From the NCBI GenBank assembly GCA_016234485.1, contig JACRBL010000037.1, forward strand, positions 41,597 through 105,596: a stretch of DNA of 64,000 nucleotides, written 5' to 3'. Below the pieces are notes generated by a model. The model saw nothing but the letters and a program-made list of their open reading frames with translations. It was not told the origin of the DNA and did not search any database. Each line of letters opens with the position of its first letter. Position 1 is the first letter of the stretch. Made by a program: the position numbers and the translations under genes. Below are positions 54,234-62,757 of the stretch, piece after piece. The stretch is from Chloroflexota bacterium (GTDB lineage: Bacteria > Chloroflexota > Anaerolineae > Anaerolineales > Villigracilaceae).

Positions 54234-55808
54234 ATGAAATTAGAGTTCAAGATGAAAACTGCCATTTCGTTCAATGAAAACCTTTATTCGAGAATCTTTG
54301 AATCGGCCGCGGAGGGGGTAATTCTTAGCGATTTGGAATCCAACCTGGTTGTCGAGGCAAATCCTGCGGCATGTAAAATGCACGGCTATAGTTGTGAAGA
54401 ATTCATCGGGTTGAACGCGACGGCCTTCATTCACCCAAAAAGTTGGCAGGCGTTTCACGAATACATGCTATCGTTTCGATCGGGGAATGTGTTCGATGTA
54501 CGGTTACTACACCTGCGTCAGGATGGCTCGTCGTTCCATGCTGAATGGAGCGGGACAAAGTTCGACTATGAGGGTCGGCCGTGCTTACTGGGTGTGGTAC
54601 GGGATGTTACCAGGGGGGTTCAGGCGGAACAAAATCTTCATCAGCGCGTCGAAATCCGAAACCGAGAACAGGTCAAATTGCTCGAGATCTCGCACACCCT
54701 CGCGTCTACGATGGAATTTCAACCGGGGTTGATTCTGGATCAACTGCGCGAAATCGTTGAATATACAAACGGCGGATTATTCACACTGGAAGCCTCCACG
54801 CTTGTCACCCTGGCGATGCGCGGCGCCCCGGAATTGGAGCGATCATCGCCGTTCCGCATTCAACTGCGTGGGACGGATGCCCTGGCGACGCTGTTCAACG
54901 GGCACCGTCCGATCCGGATCGCGGATGTGGGGAGCGACAACCCGCAGGCAAACTTTCTGCGTTCACTCCTGGACGATGGAGCGGCTCAGTTGCTCGCAGG
55001 CATGCAGTCCTGGATGTGGGTTCCGCTTGCGGTGAAGAATCGGGTCATCGGCGGGCTGGGTGTTGCGCATGAGAATCGGAACTTTTTCACCCCCCATCAT
55101 TCCGACCTGGCCCTGAGTGTGGCCAACCAGGCCGCCATCACCATGATCAATGCGGAACTCTATGGACATGCGCAGGCCCTGGCAGTGTTGGAGGAGCGAC
55201 AACGTCTGGCGCGTAACCTGCATGATGCGGTCAACCAATCGCTTTTCTCCGCCGGGCTGATCGCCGAAGTCCTGCCGCGCCTGTGGGACCGGGACCAGGC
55301 TGAGGCGCGGCGATCCCTCGATGACTTGCGCAGGTTGACGCGAGGCGCCATGGCCGAGATGCGCGCCCTGCTCGCGGAATTGCGTCCGGACACCCTGATC
55401 GATACCGAATTGGGCGAACTCTTGATCTTGCTGGGCAATGCCTTCACCGGTCGAACCAATATCCCGGTGAAAGTGACCGTCACGGGCGAAGGCATCCTCC
55501 TGCCCGGTGAAACACAGGTATCCCTTTACCGCATCTGTCAGGAAGCGTTGACCAATATTGCCAAACACGCCCAAGCCAGCCGGGTGGAAGTTGAGATACA
55601 TTATATAAAGCCACCCGCGGAATTGGAACTGCACATCCGCGACAATGGCCATGGGTTTGTCACATCTGAGTTGTCTCCTTCCGGCCACTATGGATTAAAA
55701 ATGATGCGTGAACGCGCCGAAGCGGTGGGAGCCAATTTTTCAGTGATCAGCCATTCAGGCCGGGGTACGGAAATAACCGTTCGCCTGGCAAGACAGGAGA
55801 GCTTATGA
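54234..55808 (+). CDS. PAS-GAF sensor histidine kinase (HisKA_3 / NarL-partner class)
   Basis: 524 aa. PAS (SRIFESAAEGVILSD..), GAF-like middle region, H-box LARNLHDAVNQSLFSA, and an ATPase N/G boxes region (EALTNIAKHA, IRDNGHGF). Confidence 0.85.
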   Translation: MKLEFKMKTAISFNENLYSRIFESAAEGVILSDLESNLVVEANPAACKMHGYSCEEFIGLNATAFIHPKSWQAFHEYMLSFRSGNVFDVRLLHLRQDGSSFHAEWSGTKFDYEGRPCLLGVVRDVTRGVQAEQNLHQRVEIRNREQVKLLEISHTLASTMEFQPGLILDQLREIVEYTNGGLFTLEASTLVTLAMRGAPELERSSPFRIQLRGTDALATLFNGHRPIRIADVGSDNPQANFLRSLLDDGAAQLLAGMQSWMWVPLAVKNRVIGGLGVAHENRNFFTPHHSDLALSVANQAAITMINAELYGHAQALAVLEERQRLARNLHDAVNQSLFSAGLIAEVLPRLWDRDQAEARRSLDDLRRLTRGAMAEMRALLAELRPDTLIDTELGELLILLGNAFTGRTNIPVKVTVTGEGILLPGETQVSLYRICQEALTNIAKHAQASRVEVEIHYIKPPAELELHIRDNGHGFVTSELSPSGHYGLKMMRERAEAVGANFSVISHSGRGTEITVRLARQESL

Positions 55809-56452
55809 ATAAAGATTCCCCTCAACCCATTCGCGTGATGGTGGCTGACGACCATACGATGGTACGCCGCGGATTGGCAACTTTCCTGATGATTTTCGAT
55901 GATATGACCCTGGTTGGCGAGGCCGCAAACGGCGCCGAGGCCATCCAACTTTGTGCAGAAGTCCACCCAGATGTGATCCTGATGGATATGATCATGCCGG
56001 ATATGGACGGGATCGCCGCCACACGCGCCATCCGCCGGCAGTTTCCACAAGTGCAGATCATCGCGCTAACCAGTTTCAAAGAAGGGAATCTCGTCAAGAA
56101 GGCCCTGGAGGCGGGTGCGATCGGTTATCTGCTCAAGGACGTCATGGCGGATGAACTGGCCGCGGCAATTCGCGGGGCACACTCCGGCCGAGCGACACTC
56201 TCTCCCGATGTTGTGCAGGAGATGGTCCAGATCGCCAATCAACCGCAAATTCCCGGCCTTGATTTGACCGAGCGCGAGCGCGACGTGCTGGCCTTGATGG
56301 TGGAAGGCCTGAACAATACGCAGATCGCGGGAAGGTTGACCATCAGCCCAGCCACCGTAAAATCCCATGTCAGCAGCATTCTTTCCAAATTGATGGTGAC
56401 CAGTCGCACCGAAGCCGTGACCCTTGCATTGCGTCGCGGTCTCGTTGCCTAA
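55805..56452 (+). CDS. NarL/LuxR family response regulator
   Basis: 215 aa. Receiver IRVMVADDHTMVRRGL...ILMDMIMPDMDG. HTH is LTERERDVLALMVEGLNNTQIAGRLTISPATVKSHVSSILSKL. ATGA overlap with the kinase gene. Confidence 0.9.
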   Translation: MNKDSPQPIRVMVADDHTMVRRGLATFLMIFDDMTLVGEAANGAEAIQLCAEVHPDVILMDMIMPDMDGIAATRAIRRQFPQVQIIALTSFKEGNLVKKALEAGAIGYLLKDVMADELAAAIRGAHSGRATLSPDVVQEMVQIANQPQIPGLDLTERERDVLALMVEGLNNTQIAGRLTISPATVKSHVSSILSKLMVTSRTEAVTLALRRGLVA

Positions 56453-56565
56453 TAGCAACACAGGAAGATACCCGAGACGCTCTTTGGATAAATGTTCGGA
56501 GGCATTTTGGTCTCTTTTGCATTTGGATGAAAAAAGTCTGATTACTGGATATTTCTTTGCTTCCA

Positions 56566-56943
56566 GTCGTTCAAAGCCTGCTACGTGTTGACCAAAGGTT
56601 CCTTCGAGTTGACCAAAGGTTCCTTCGTGTCGCTCAAAGGTTCCTTCGTGTTGACCAAAGGTTCCTTCGAGTTGACCAAAGGTTCCTTCGAGTTGACCAA
56701 AGGTTCCTTCGTGTCGCTCAAAGTTTCCTTCGAGTTGACCAAAGGTTCCTTCGTGTCGCTCAAAGGTTCCTTCGAGTTGACCAAAGGTTCCTTCGTGTCG
56801 CTCAAAGGTTCCTTCGTGTTGACCAAAGGTTCCTTCGTGTTGACCAAAGGTTCCTTCGTGTCGCTCAAAGGTTCCTTGGCGTTGACCAATGGTTCCTTGG
56901 TGTTGACCAAAGCCTCCTTGATGTCCTCAAAGGCTGCTCCATT
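56566..56943. repeat. tandem array of ~18 x 21-bp units (two alternating variants)
   Basis: The A unit is GTTGACCAAAGGTTCCTTCG(A/T) and the B unit is GTCGCTCAAAGGTTCCTTCG(A/T). Order from 56587 is A A B A A A B A B A B A A B, with degenerate copies at both ends. There are no spacers. The array ends 39 bp before the ATG at 56982. Confidence 0.9.
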
Positions 56944-56969
56944 TGGGGAATGTACGGGGGCGCTTGAGG

Positions 56970-56981
56970 TAAAATCTGAAC
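56970..56981 (+). promoter_or_regulatory. -10-like TAAAAT 6 nt upstream of the ATG of the MmeI-family gene (leaderless-type)
   Basis: GAGGTAAAATCTGAACATG. No Shine-Dalgarno. Confidence 0.4.
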
Positions 56982-59792
56982 ATGACACTAACACCGCAGG
57001 AATTTGTCAGCAAGTGGAAGCGCGTAACTTCGCGCGAGAAGCAATCGTATCAGGAACATTTCATTGACGTCTGTCATCTGGCGGGACATCAGACGCCGAA
57101 CGATTACGACCCCACTGGCACGCGCTTTGCCTTTGAGATGGGCGCGGCCAAGACCAGCGGCGGACAGGGTTGGGCGGATGTCGCCAAACTGGGTTTCTTT
57201 GGCTGGGAATATAAAGCCAAAGATGCCGACCTCGATAAAGCCTACGAACAACTTTTACGCTATCGGGATGCGCTTCAAAACCCGCCCATCCTGATCGTTT
57301 CGGATATCAACAAGATCGTCATCCGCACAAATTATACAAACCTGCCCACACGGACCTTTGTCCTGAAGCTCGACGACTTGTTGAAGCCTGAGAGCATCAA
57401 ACTCCTGAAGACCGTTTTCAACAACCCTGAGCGCCTCAAACCGCAAGAGACGGTCGAGAGCGTGACGAGAGAAGCGGCGGCGCATTTCTCCAGGTTGGCC
57501 GACAACCTCCGCAGGTACGGAAATGAGCCGCAGGAGAGCGCGCATTTTCTCATCCGCCTGTTGTTCTGCCTGTTCGCGGAAGACATCGGTTTACTGCCTG
57601 AAAATCTATTCCCGCAATTGCTGGAGCAAACGCGGCGCAACTCGAAGGATTTTTCGGAGGTCCTGCGGCAACTCTTCCGCGCCATGAATACGGGCGGATT
57701 TTTCGGCAGGGACAAGATTCTGCATTTCAACGGCGGACTCTTTGACAGCGATTACGTTCTGCAACTCGACAGCGCAGATATGGACATCATCGCGGGCATC
57801 GACGCGCTGGATTGGTCGGCCATCGAACCTTCGATCTTCGGCACGCTCTTCGAGCGCGGGCTGGACCCCGCCAAGCGTTCGCAACTCGGCGCGCATTATA
57901 CGAGCCGCGATGACATTCTTCTGATCGTCGAGCCTGTGTTGATGAAGCCGTTGCGGGATGAATTCGAAGCGTTGAAAGTTGAAGGTCAAAGGTTGAAGGC
58001 CGAAGGGAAGAAGAGCGCGCGCAAGACGATCAGCGATATGCTGCGCGGTTTTGCGGATAAGATCGCGGCGGTGAAAGTGTTAGACCCTGCCTGTGGGAGC
58101 GGGAACTTTTTGTATGTGGCTTTGCGTTTGCTGTTGGATTTGCAGAATGAAGTGATTGCTTTTGCAGATGAGATGGGCGTGGGGCGTTTCTTCCCCAGCG
58201 TGACGCCGCAACAGGTATTGGGCATCGAGACGAACGAGTATGCCCACGAACTGGCGCAGATCACGATCTATATTGGTTATATTCAATGGCTGGTGAATAA
58301 CGGCTATGGCTTTCCCAGTGAGCCGATCTTGAAGCCGATGAAGAACATTGTGCGGATGGATGCGGTGCTGGCGTATGACGAGAACGGTAAGCCCAAAGAA
58401 CCTGAGTGGATGAATGCCGATGTGATTGTCGGTAATCCGCCGTTTTTGGGTGGCAAACGAATACGCTCCGAATTGGGAGATGAATATGTAAACAAACTCT
58501 TTGAACTTTACGATGGGCGTGTGCCACGTGAAGCGGATTTGGTTTGTTATTGGTTTGAAAAAGCACGTTCAATGATTGAACAAGGCAAAGTAAAACGTGC
58601 TGGTTTACTTGCCACAAATTCAATTCGTGGTGGGGCGAACAGAAAAGTTTTGGAAAAAATCAAAGGTACTGGTGATATTTTTTGGGCGCAGTCTGACCAT
58701 GAGTGGATTTTAGATGGCGCAGCAGTAAATGTTTCAATGATTGGATTTGATAATGGACAAGAAAAGACTCGAGATTTGGATAATAACCATGTAAATGCAA
58801 TTCATTCTGATCTAACTTCAGAAACGAACATAACTATAGCATCAAGACTTATTGAGAATGCAAATATCTCTTTTATGGCAGATACTAAAGGTGGGTCTTT
58901 TGATATTACAAACGAACAAGCACAGGAAATATTAAAGTCTACTTCTAATCCAAACGGAAAGCCCAATAGTGATGTCATAAAAAAATGGGTTAATGGCTCT
59001 GATATAGTGCAGAACTCTCGTAACATGTGGATTATTGACTTTGGTGTCGATATGCCAATTGAACAGGCATCTCAATATGAAGCTCCTTTTGAATACGTAA
59101 AAAAACATGTTTTTCCAGAACGGAAAAATAACAAGCGGCAGTCTTATCGTGAAAAATGGTGGATACATGCTGAGCCACGCCCTGAAATGCGGAGGCAGTT
59201 TATTGGAAAGAAAAGATTTATCGCGACCGTATCAGTCGCTAAGCATAGAATATTTACTTGGTTGGGCACAGAAACTATTCCAGATCATGCACTAATTATT
59301 TTTACGCGCGAAGATGATTATTTCTTCGGAATTTTACATTCAAGGCCACATGAAGTATGGGCATTGAAACAAGGTACATCCCTTGAAGATCGCCCACGCT
59401 ACACACCTACCACCACCTTTGAAACCTTTCCCTTCCCGTGGGCGCCAGGGAAAGAGCCGAAGGGTGATCCAAGAGTAAAAGCCATCGGTCAAGCCGCGCA
59501 GGAACTGGTCGAGCAACGTGACCGTTGGCTCAACGCAACCCCCACCGCCCTATCGGGCGCCTCCCCCAAATCCGACGAACCCCAGTCGGATTTGGGGGAG
59601 GCTGGGAGGGGGGCAAAACGAACGCTGACGAACCTGTATAACCAACGTCCCACCTGGCTGGATCTCGCCCATAAGCGGTTGGATGAGGCTGTCTTCACAG
59701 CGTACGGCTGGCAGAGCGACCTGTCTGACGAGGAGATTTTGGAGCGGTTGTTGAAGTTGAACTTGGAGAGAGGCAGGCAGGATGGGGGATGA
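56982..59792 (+). CDS. MmeI-family Type IIL-like restriction-modification enzyme (N-terminal PD-ExK-like nuclease domain fused to an N6-adenine DNA methyltransferase and TRD)
   Basis: 936 aa. The N-terminus QEFVSKWKRVTSREKQSYQEHFID...GWADVAKLGFFGWEYKAKD gives D66...E76-Y-K78. Motif I is VLDPACGSGNFL and motif IV is VGNPPFLGG. The C-terminal TLTNLYNQRPTWLDLAHKRLDEAVFTAYGW is typical of this family. Confidence 0.8.
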   Translation: MTLTPQEFVSKWKRVTSREKQSYQEHFIDVCHLAGHQTPNDYDPTGTRFAFEMGAAKTSGGQGWADVAKLGFFGWEYKAKDADLDKAYEQLLRYRDALQNPPILIVSDINKIVIRTNYTNLPTRTFVLKLDDLLKPESIKLLKTVFNNPERLKPQETVESVTREAAAHFSRLADNLRRYGNEPQESAHFLIRLLFCLFAEDIGLLPENLFPQLLEQTRRNSKDFSEVLRQLFRAMNTGGFFGRDKILHFNGGLFDSDYVLQLDSADMDIIAGIDALDWSAIEPSIFGTLFERGLDPAKRSQLGAHYTSRDDILLIVEPVLMKPLRDEFEALKVEGQRLKAEGKKSARKTISDMLRGFADKIAAVKVLDPACGSGNFLYVALRLLLDLQNEVIAFADEMGVGRFFPSVTPQQVLGIETNEYAHELAQITIYIGYIQWLVNNGYGFPSEPILKPMKNIVRMDAVLAYDENGKPKEPEWMNADVIVGNPPFLGGKRIRSELGDEYVNKLFELYDGRVPREADLVCYWFEKARSMIEQGKVKRAGLLATNSIRGGANRKVLEKIKGTGDIFWAQSDHEWILDGAAVNVSMIGFDNGQEKTRDLDNNHVNAIHSDLTSETNITIASRLIENANISFMADTKGGSFDITNEQAQEILKSTSNPNGKPNSDVIKKWVNGSDIVQNSRNMWIIDFGVDMPIEQASQYEAPFEYVKKHVFPERKNNKRQSYREKWWIHAEPRPEMRRQFIGKKRFIATVSVAKHRIFTWLGTETIPDHALIIFTREDDYFFGILHSRPHEVWALKQGTSLEDRPRYTPTTTFETFPFPWAPGKEPKGDPRVKAIGQAAQELVEQRDRWLNATPTALSGASPKSDEPQSDLGEAGRGAKRTLTNLYNQRPTWLDLAHKRLDEAVFTAYGWQSDLSDEEILERLLKLNLERGRQDGG

Positions 59793-59886
59793 GTCCACGT
59801 TCCAAGCCAGGTTTGCCAAACTGCTGGGCGGGCTGGATTTGTTTTATATGAAAACTGAATAACGACCTATGCGCGTGGCACAACCC

Positions 59887-59949
59887 GTCTCCCCCAAGCG
59901 GCGGAGACAAACACTCCCCGGCCGATGGATGCGGCTGGGGAGTGTTTAG
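59887..59949 (+). repeat. ~60-bp double-hairpin element, copy A (terminator-like)
   Basis: GTCTCCCCCAAGCGGCGGAGAC AAACACTCCCCGGCCGATGGATGCGGCTGGGGAGTGTTT. Related copies are at 61224-61286 and 62758-62822. Confidence 0.75.
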
Positions 59950-60083
59950 TTTACGATTAATGTTGGGCGCGCCCATCCGCGTCGATCGTGGACGCATTCA
60001 TGAAGATTGCCAATTCGATCTGAGACTACGCCTACCCAGGCAACAGAAGCAAGCGCTCCTCAACTTCACAACAGGAGAACATT

Positions 60084-60443
60084 ATGCAAATCCAAATTCA
60101 TACCGATCACAACATTGAAGGTCACGAAGCGCTGATCGCCCAGGTCACTGACGTAGTGGAGAGCGTTCTAAGCCGATGGAGCGAACATATCGCCCATGTG
60201 GAAGTCCACCTGAGCGATGAAAACAGCGATAAGAAGGGCGGGCATGATGCCATGCGCTGTTTGATGGAAGCCCGTCTCGAAGGCCGCCACGCCATCGCGG
60301 TCACACATCAGTCAACAAACCTGGATCAAGCGGTTGAAGAAGCAGCAGATAAGTTGGCCAATTTGATCGAGAGCTCCCTTGACCGGCAACATGATCTGAA
60401 TCTTCGCAGGACAGACCCACCTCTGCCTGAAAAGTTGAAATAG
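60084..60443 (+). CDS. hpf: HPF/RaiA family ribosome-associated (hibernation) protein, short form
   Basis: 119 aa. MQIQIHTDHNIEGHEALIAQVTDVVESVLSRW...VEVHLSDEN...A.DKL has S30EA-like topology. RBS CAGGAG. Confidence 0.65.
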   Translation: MQIQIHTDHNIEGHEALIAQVTDVVESVLSRWSEHIAHVEVHLSDENSDKKGGHDAMRCLMEARLEGRHAIAVTHQSTNLDQAVEEAADKLANLIESSLDRQHDLNLRRTDPPLPEKLK

Positions 60444-60567
60444 TCGCCAATGGGATTTTTCTGGCTCAAAATGGGAATCGCAAATAATCCCGTTGTGGGT
60501 TGTCTTATCAATACCTGTTCGCCTTTGACGGATCTCTCGCAGATAGCCTCAGAAAAAAGGATATAAA

Positions 60568-61206
60568 ATGAAACTTGAACAAAAACATGCAAAAACGTTT
60601 GGTGTAATTTCCGTGATGGTACTGTTAACACTTACCGTTGCGGCTTGTGGCGGCGCCGCATTTGTGGCCCCGGTAAACGATGGGATGATTTCCATCTGTC
60701 ACGCCACCGGCGACCCGGCCAACCCGTACAATGCGATCGCGCTTGACTTTAATGAATTGGCCGCGCACGCCAACCACGTGGACGATCTCGTCCCGGCCCC
60801 GGCAAACGGCTGTCCCCAGGTGGTAGCAGAAACGGGCTCCAATAATGGGAGGATCACCATCTGTCATGCAACGGGTAGTTTAACCAACCCCTACAACGAG
60901 ATCACGATCGCTTTCAACGGGCTGAACGGGCACAGCAATCATGAGGGCGACGTCATCCCGGCTCCCGAGGGCGGCTGTCCTTCTGTGACCGCGACTCCGG
61001 CAATCACTGCAACTCATACCATGACTGCAACGCCTACGCCGACAGTAACGCCAGGAGGAACTGGCATGATCACCATCTGCCACGCCACTGGCAGCGCCAA
61101 AAATCCCTATGTCCTGATCACGGTCAGTGTTAATGGTTTAAATGGCCATGGCGATCACGCGGGCGATATCATTCCGGTTCCGGATGACGGTTGTCCTACA
61201 CAGTAA
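60568..61206 (+). CDS. lipoprotein with three ~44-aa Cys/His-rich repeats (unassigned family)
   Basis: Signal plus lipobox LTLTVAAC. The repeat motif I(S/T)ICHATG..(A/T/K)NPY..I......L..H..H..D.(V/I)P.P..GCP occurs three times (aa 40-83, 96-138, 167-210; nt 60685-60816, 60853-60981, 61066-61197). A Thr/Pro linker precedes repeat 3. Confidence 0.7.
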   Translation: MKLEQKHAKTFGVISVMVLLTLTVAACGGAAFVAPVNDGMISICHATGDPANPYNAIALDFNELAAHANHVDDLVPAPANGCPQVVAETGSNNGRITICHATGSLTNPYNEITIAFNGLNGHSNHEGDVIPAPEGGCPSVTATPAITATHTMTATPTPTVTPGGTGMITICHATGSAKNPYVLITVSVNGLNGHGDHAGDIIPVPDDGCPTQ

Positions 61207-61223
61207 TTGCCTTGCTCATCCGA

Positions 61224-61286
61224 ATCCCCCCCAAGTGGCGGAGACAAATACTCCCCAGCCGATGGATGCGGTTGGGGAGTATTTTT
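61224..61286 (+). repeat. ~60-bp hairpin element, copy B (terminator-like)
   Basis: ATCCCCCCCAAGTGGCGGAGAC AAATACTCCCCAGCCGATGGATGCGGTTGGGGAGTATTTTTT. Confidence 0.75.
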
Positions 61287-61481
61287 TATAAAATCAAGGG
61301 GAGATATCTTTTGAGCGTTTCCCCTGTGTTACATAAAAACAAGAAGCCGACACTTGCAGTTCTGCGAGAGCTGCAATTAAGGAAAAACACGTTTCATAAA
61401 AGGAAAGAAGGATACGCAACGGCGAAAAAAGATGATCCTTGCACTTTTTTTTTTGATTACTGCAAACCGGAAGGCATATGG

Positions 61482-62474
61482 ATGATGAAAAAAAACATAA
61501 AAACCTCAGAACTTCGTTACCGCCGTTTATTCGAAGCCGCGCAGGATGGGATTTTATTGTTGGATGCTGAAACGGGAATGATCACCGACGTCAATCCATT
61601 CCTGATCAAGTTATTGGGATATTCGCGCGAGGAATTTGTAAAAAGGAAGCTCTGGGAAGTTGGCGCGTTCAAAGATATAGAAGCCAGCCAGAAAGCTTTT
61701 GAGGCTTTGCAGAAGAACGAATATGTTCGTTATGAAGACTTGCCCCTTCGGGCAAAGGACGGCCGTCTGGTCCAGGTGGAATTCGTCAGTAATGTATACC
61801 TGGTGGAAGGCGAAAAGGTCATCCAATGCAATATCCGCGACATCACCGAACGACAACAAGCGCAGGATGCCCTGCGTAAAAGCGAAGCGCTCCTGCGCGA
61901 ACTGTCGGTTCGTGATCACCTGACCGGTTTATTCAATCGTCGTTATATGGAAGAAACCCTGGAGCGCGAATTACTACGGGCTTCTCGTAAACAACTTTCC
62001 CTCGGCGTCATTATGATTGACTTGGATAATTTCAAGCGCGTGAACGATGTTCACGGCCACGCCGCCGGCGATGACGTTTTGCGTGAATTGGGCGCTTTGC
62101 TACTTGGACATTTCCGCGGCGAGGATGTTGCCTGCCGTTATGGCGGTGACGAATTTGTTATCGTTCTGCCGGATGTCTCGAAGATTGTGACACAGGCACG
62201 CGCCGAACGTTTGTGTGAGTATACCCGGCACGTCAACGTTCAGTTCGAGGGGCATATCATTGTCCCGGTGGCGCTTTCCGTTGGCATTGCCACTTTTCCT
62301 GAGAACGGCTCCACGAGCGCCGAAATCTTGAAAGCGGCGGACGTGGCGCTATATCGCGCCAAACAGGCAGGGCGCGGCCGAGTAGTCCTGGCAGAAAACT
62401 GGTCCCCTGGGGATGGGTGTTCCGCCCTGGATTACGGCGTATCAGTAAATTCTGTTTTCGAGAAGGATTCATAA
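61482..62474 (+). CDS. PAS domain-containing diguanylate cyclase (GGDEF)
   Basis: Trimmed to the ATG at 61482 (MMKKNIKTSELRYRRLFEAAQDGILLLD...). Active site is RYGGDEF, with an RxxD I-site (RGED) five residues upstream. Confidence 0.85.
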   Translation: MMKKNIKTSELRYRRLFEAAQDGILLLDAETGMITDVNPFLIKLLGYSREEFVKRKLWEVGAFKDIEASQKAFEALQKNEYVRYEDLPLRAKDGRLVQVEFVSNVYLVEGEKVIQCNIRDITERQQAQDALRKSEALLRELSVRDHLTGLFNRRYMEETLERELLRASRKQLSLGVIMIDLDNFKRVNDVHGHAAGDDVLRELGALLLGHFRGEDVACRYGGDEFVIVLPDVSKIVTQARAERLCEYTRHVNVQFEGHIIVPVALSVGIATFPENGSTSAEILKAADVALYRAKQAGRGRVVLAENWSPGDGCSALDYGVSVNSVFEKDS

Positions 62475-62728
62475 TGACTGAAAACACCAAAGTTGTTACG
62501 GTTCATGGTTGTATCGCATGCGCCAGGTTATTCGATATCCTGGCAGTCTATGCCCCGAATGGCAGTCTGGTGGGTTGTAAGGTAACGAACAGCCCCGACG
62601 GCCACATCGTTCCCGATCAACGAACCCCGCTGGTTGCATGTAATACCCACACAGCGGCAGAAGTCGAGGCCGCGTATAAACGATGGCGGTCCAGGAATGG
62701 CAAAGAAGCGCACCATCAAGAAGAATAA
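62474..62728 (+). CDS. hypothetical small Cys-containing protein, translationally coupled to the GGDEF gene
   Basis: 84 aa (MTENTKVVTVHGCIACARLFDILAVYAPNGSLVGCKVTN...LVACNTHTAAEVEAAYKRW). TAATG overlap with the upstream stop. No family recognised. Confidence 0.5.
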   Translation: MTENTKVVTVHGCIACARLFDILAVYAPNGSLVGCKVTNSPDGHIVPDQRTPLVACNTHTAAEVEAAYKRWRSRNGKEAHHQEE

Positions 62729-62757
62729 ACAAGAAAGTCGAAGAGAAATTCAAGCGC

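Noticed and set aside
56557-57067. The three ORFs running through the 21-bp array (56557-56967 +, 56585-57067 +, 56581-56994 -), and the possibility that the array is a CRISPR.
   Set aside because: A stop-free repeat whose period is a multiple of 3 is open in several frames automatically. None of these ORFs has an RBS or signal, and two overlap the R-M gene start. It is not a CRISPR: the units are contiguous with no unique spacers, and no cas genes are present. A coding role for the minus-strand KEPLVNT repeat cannot be fully excluded.
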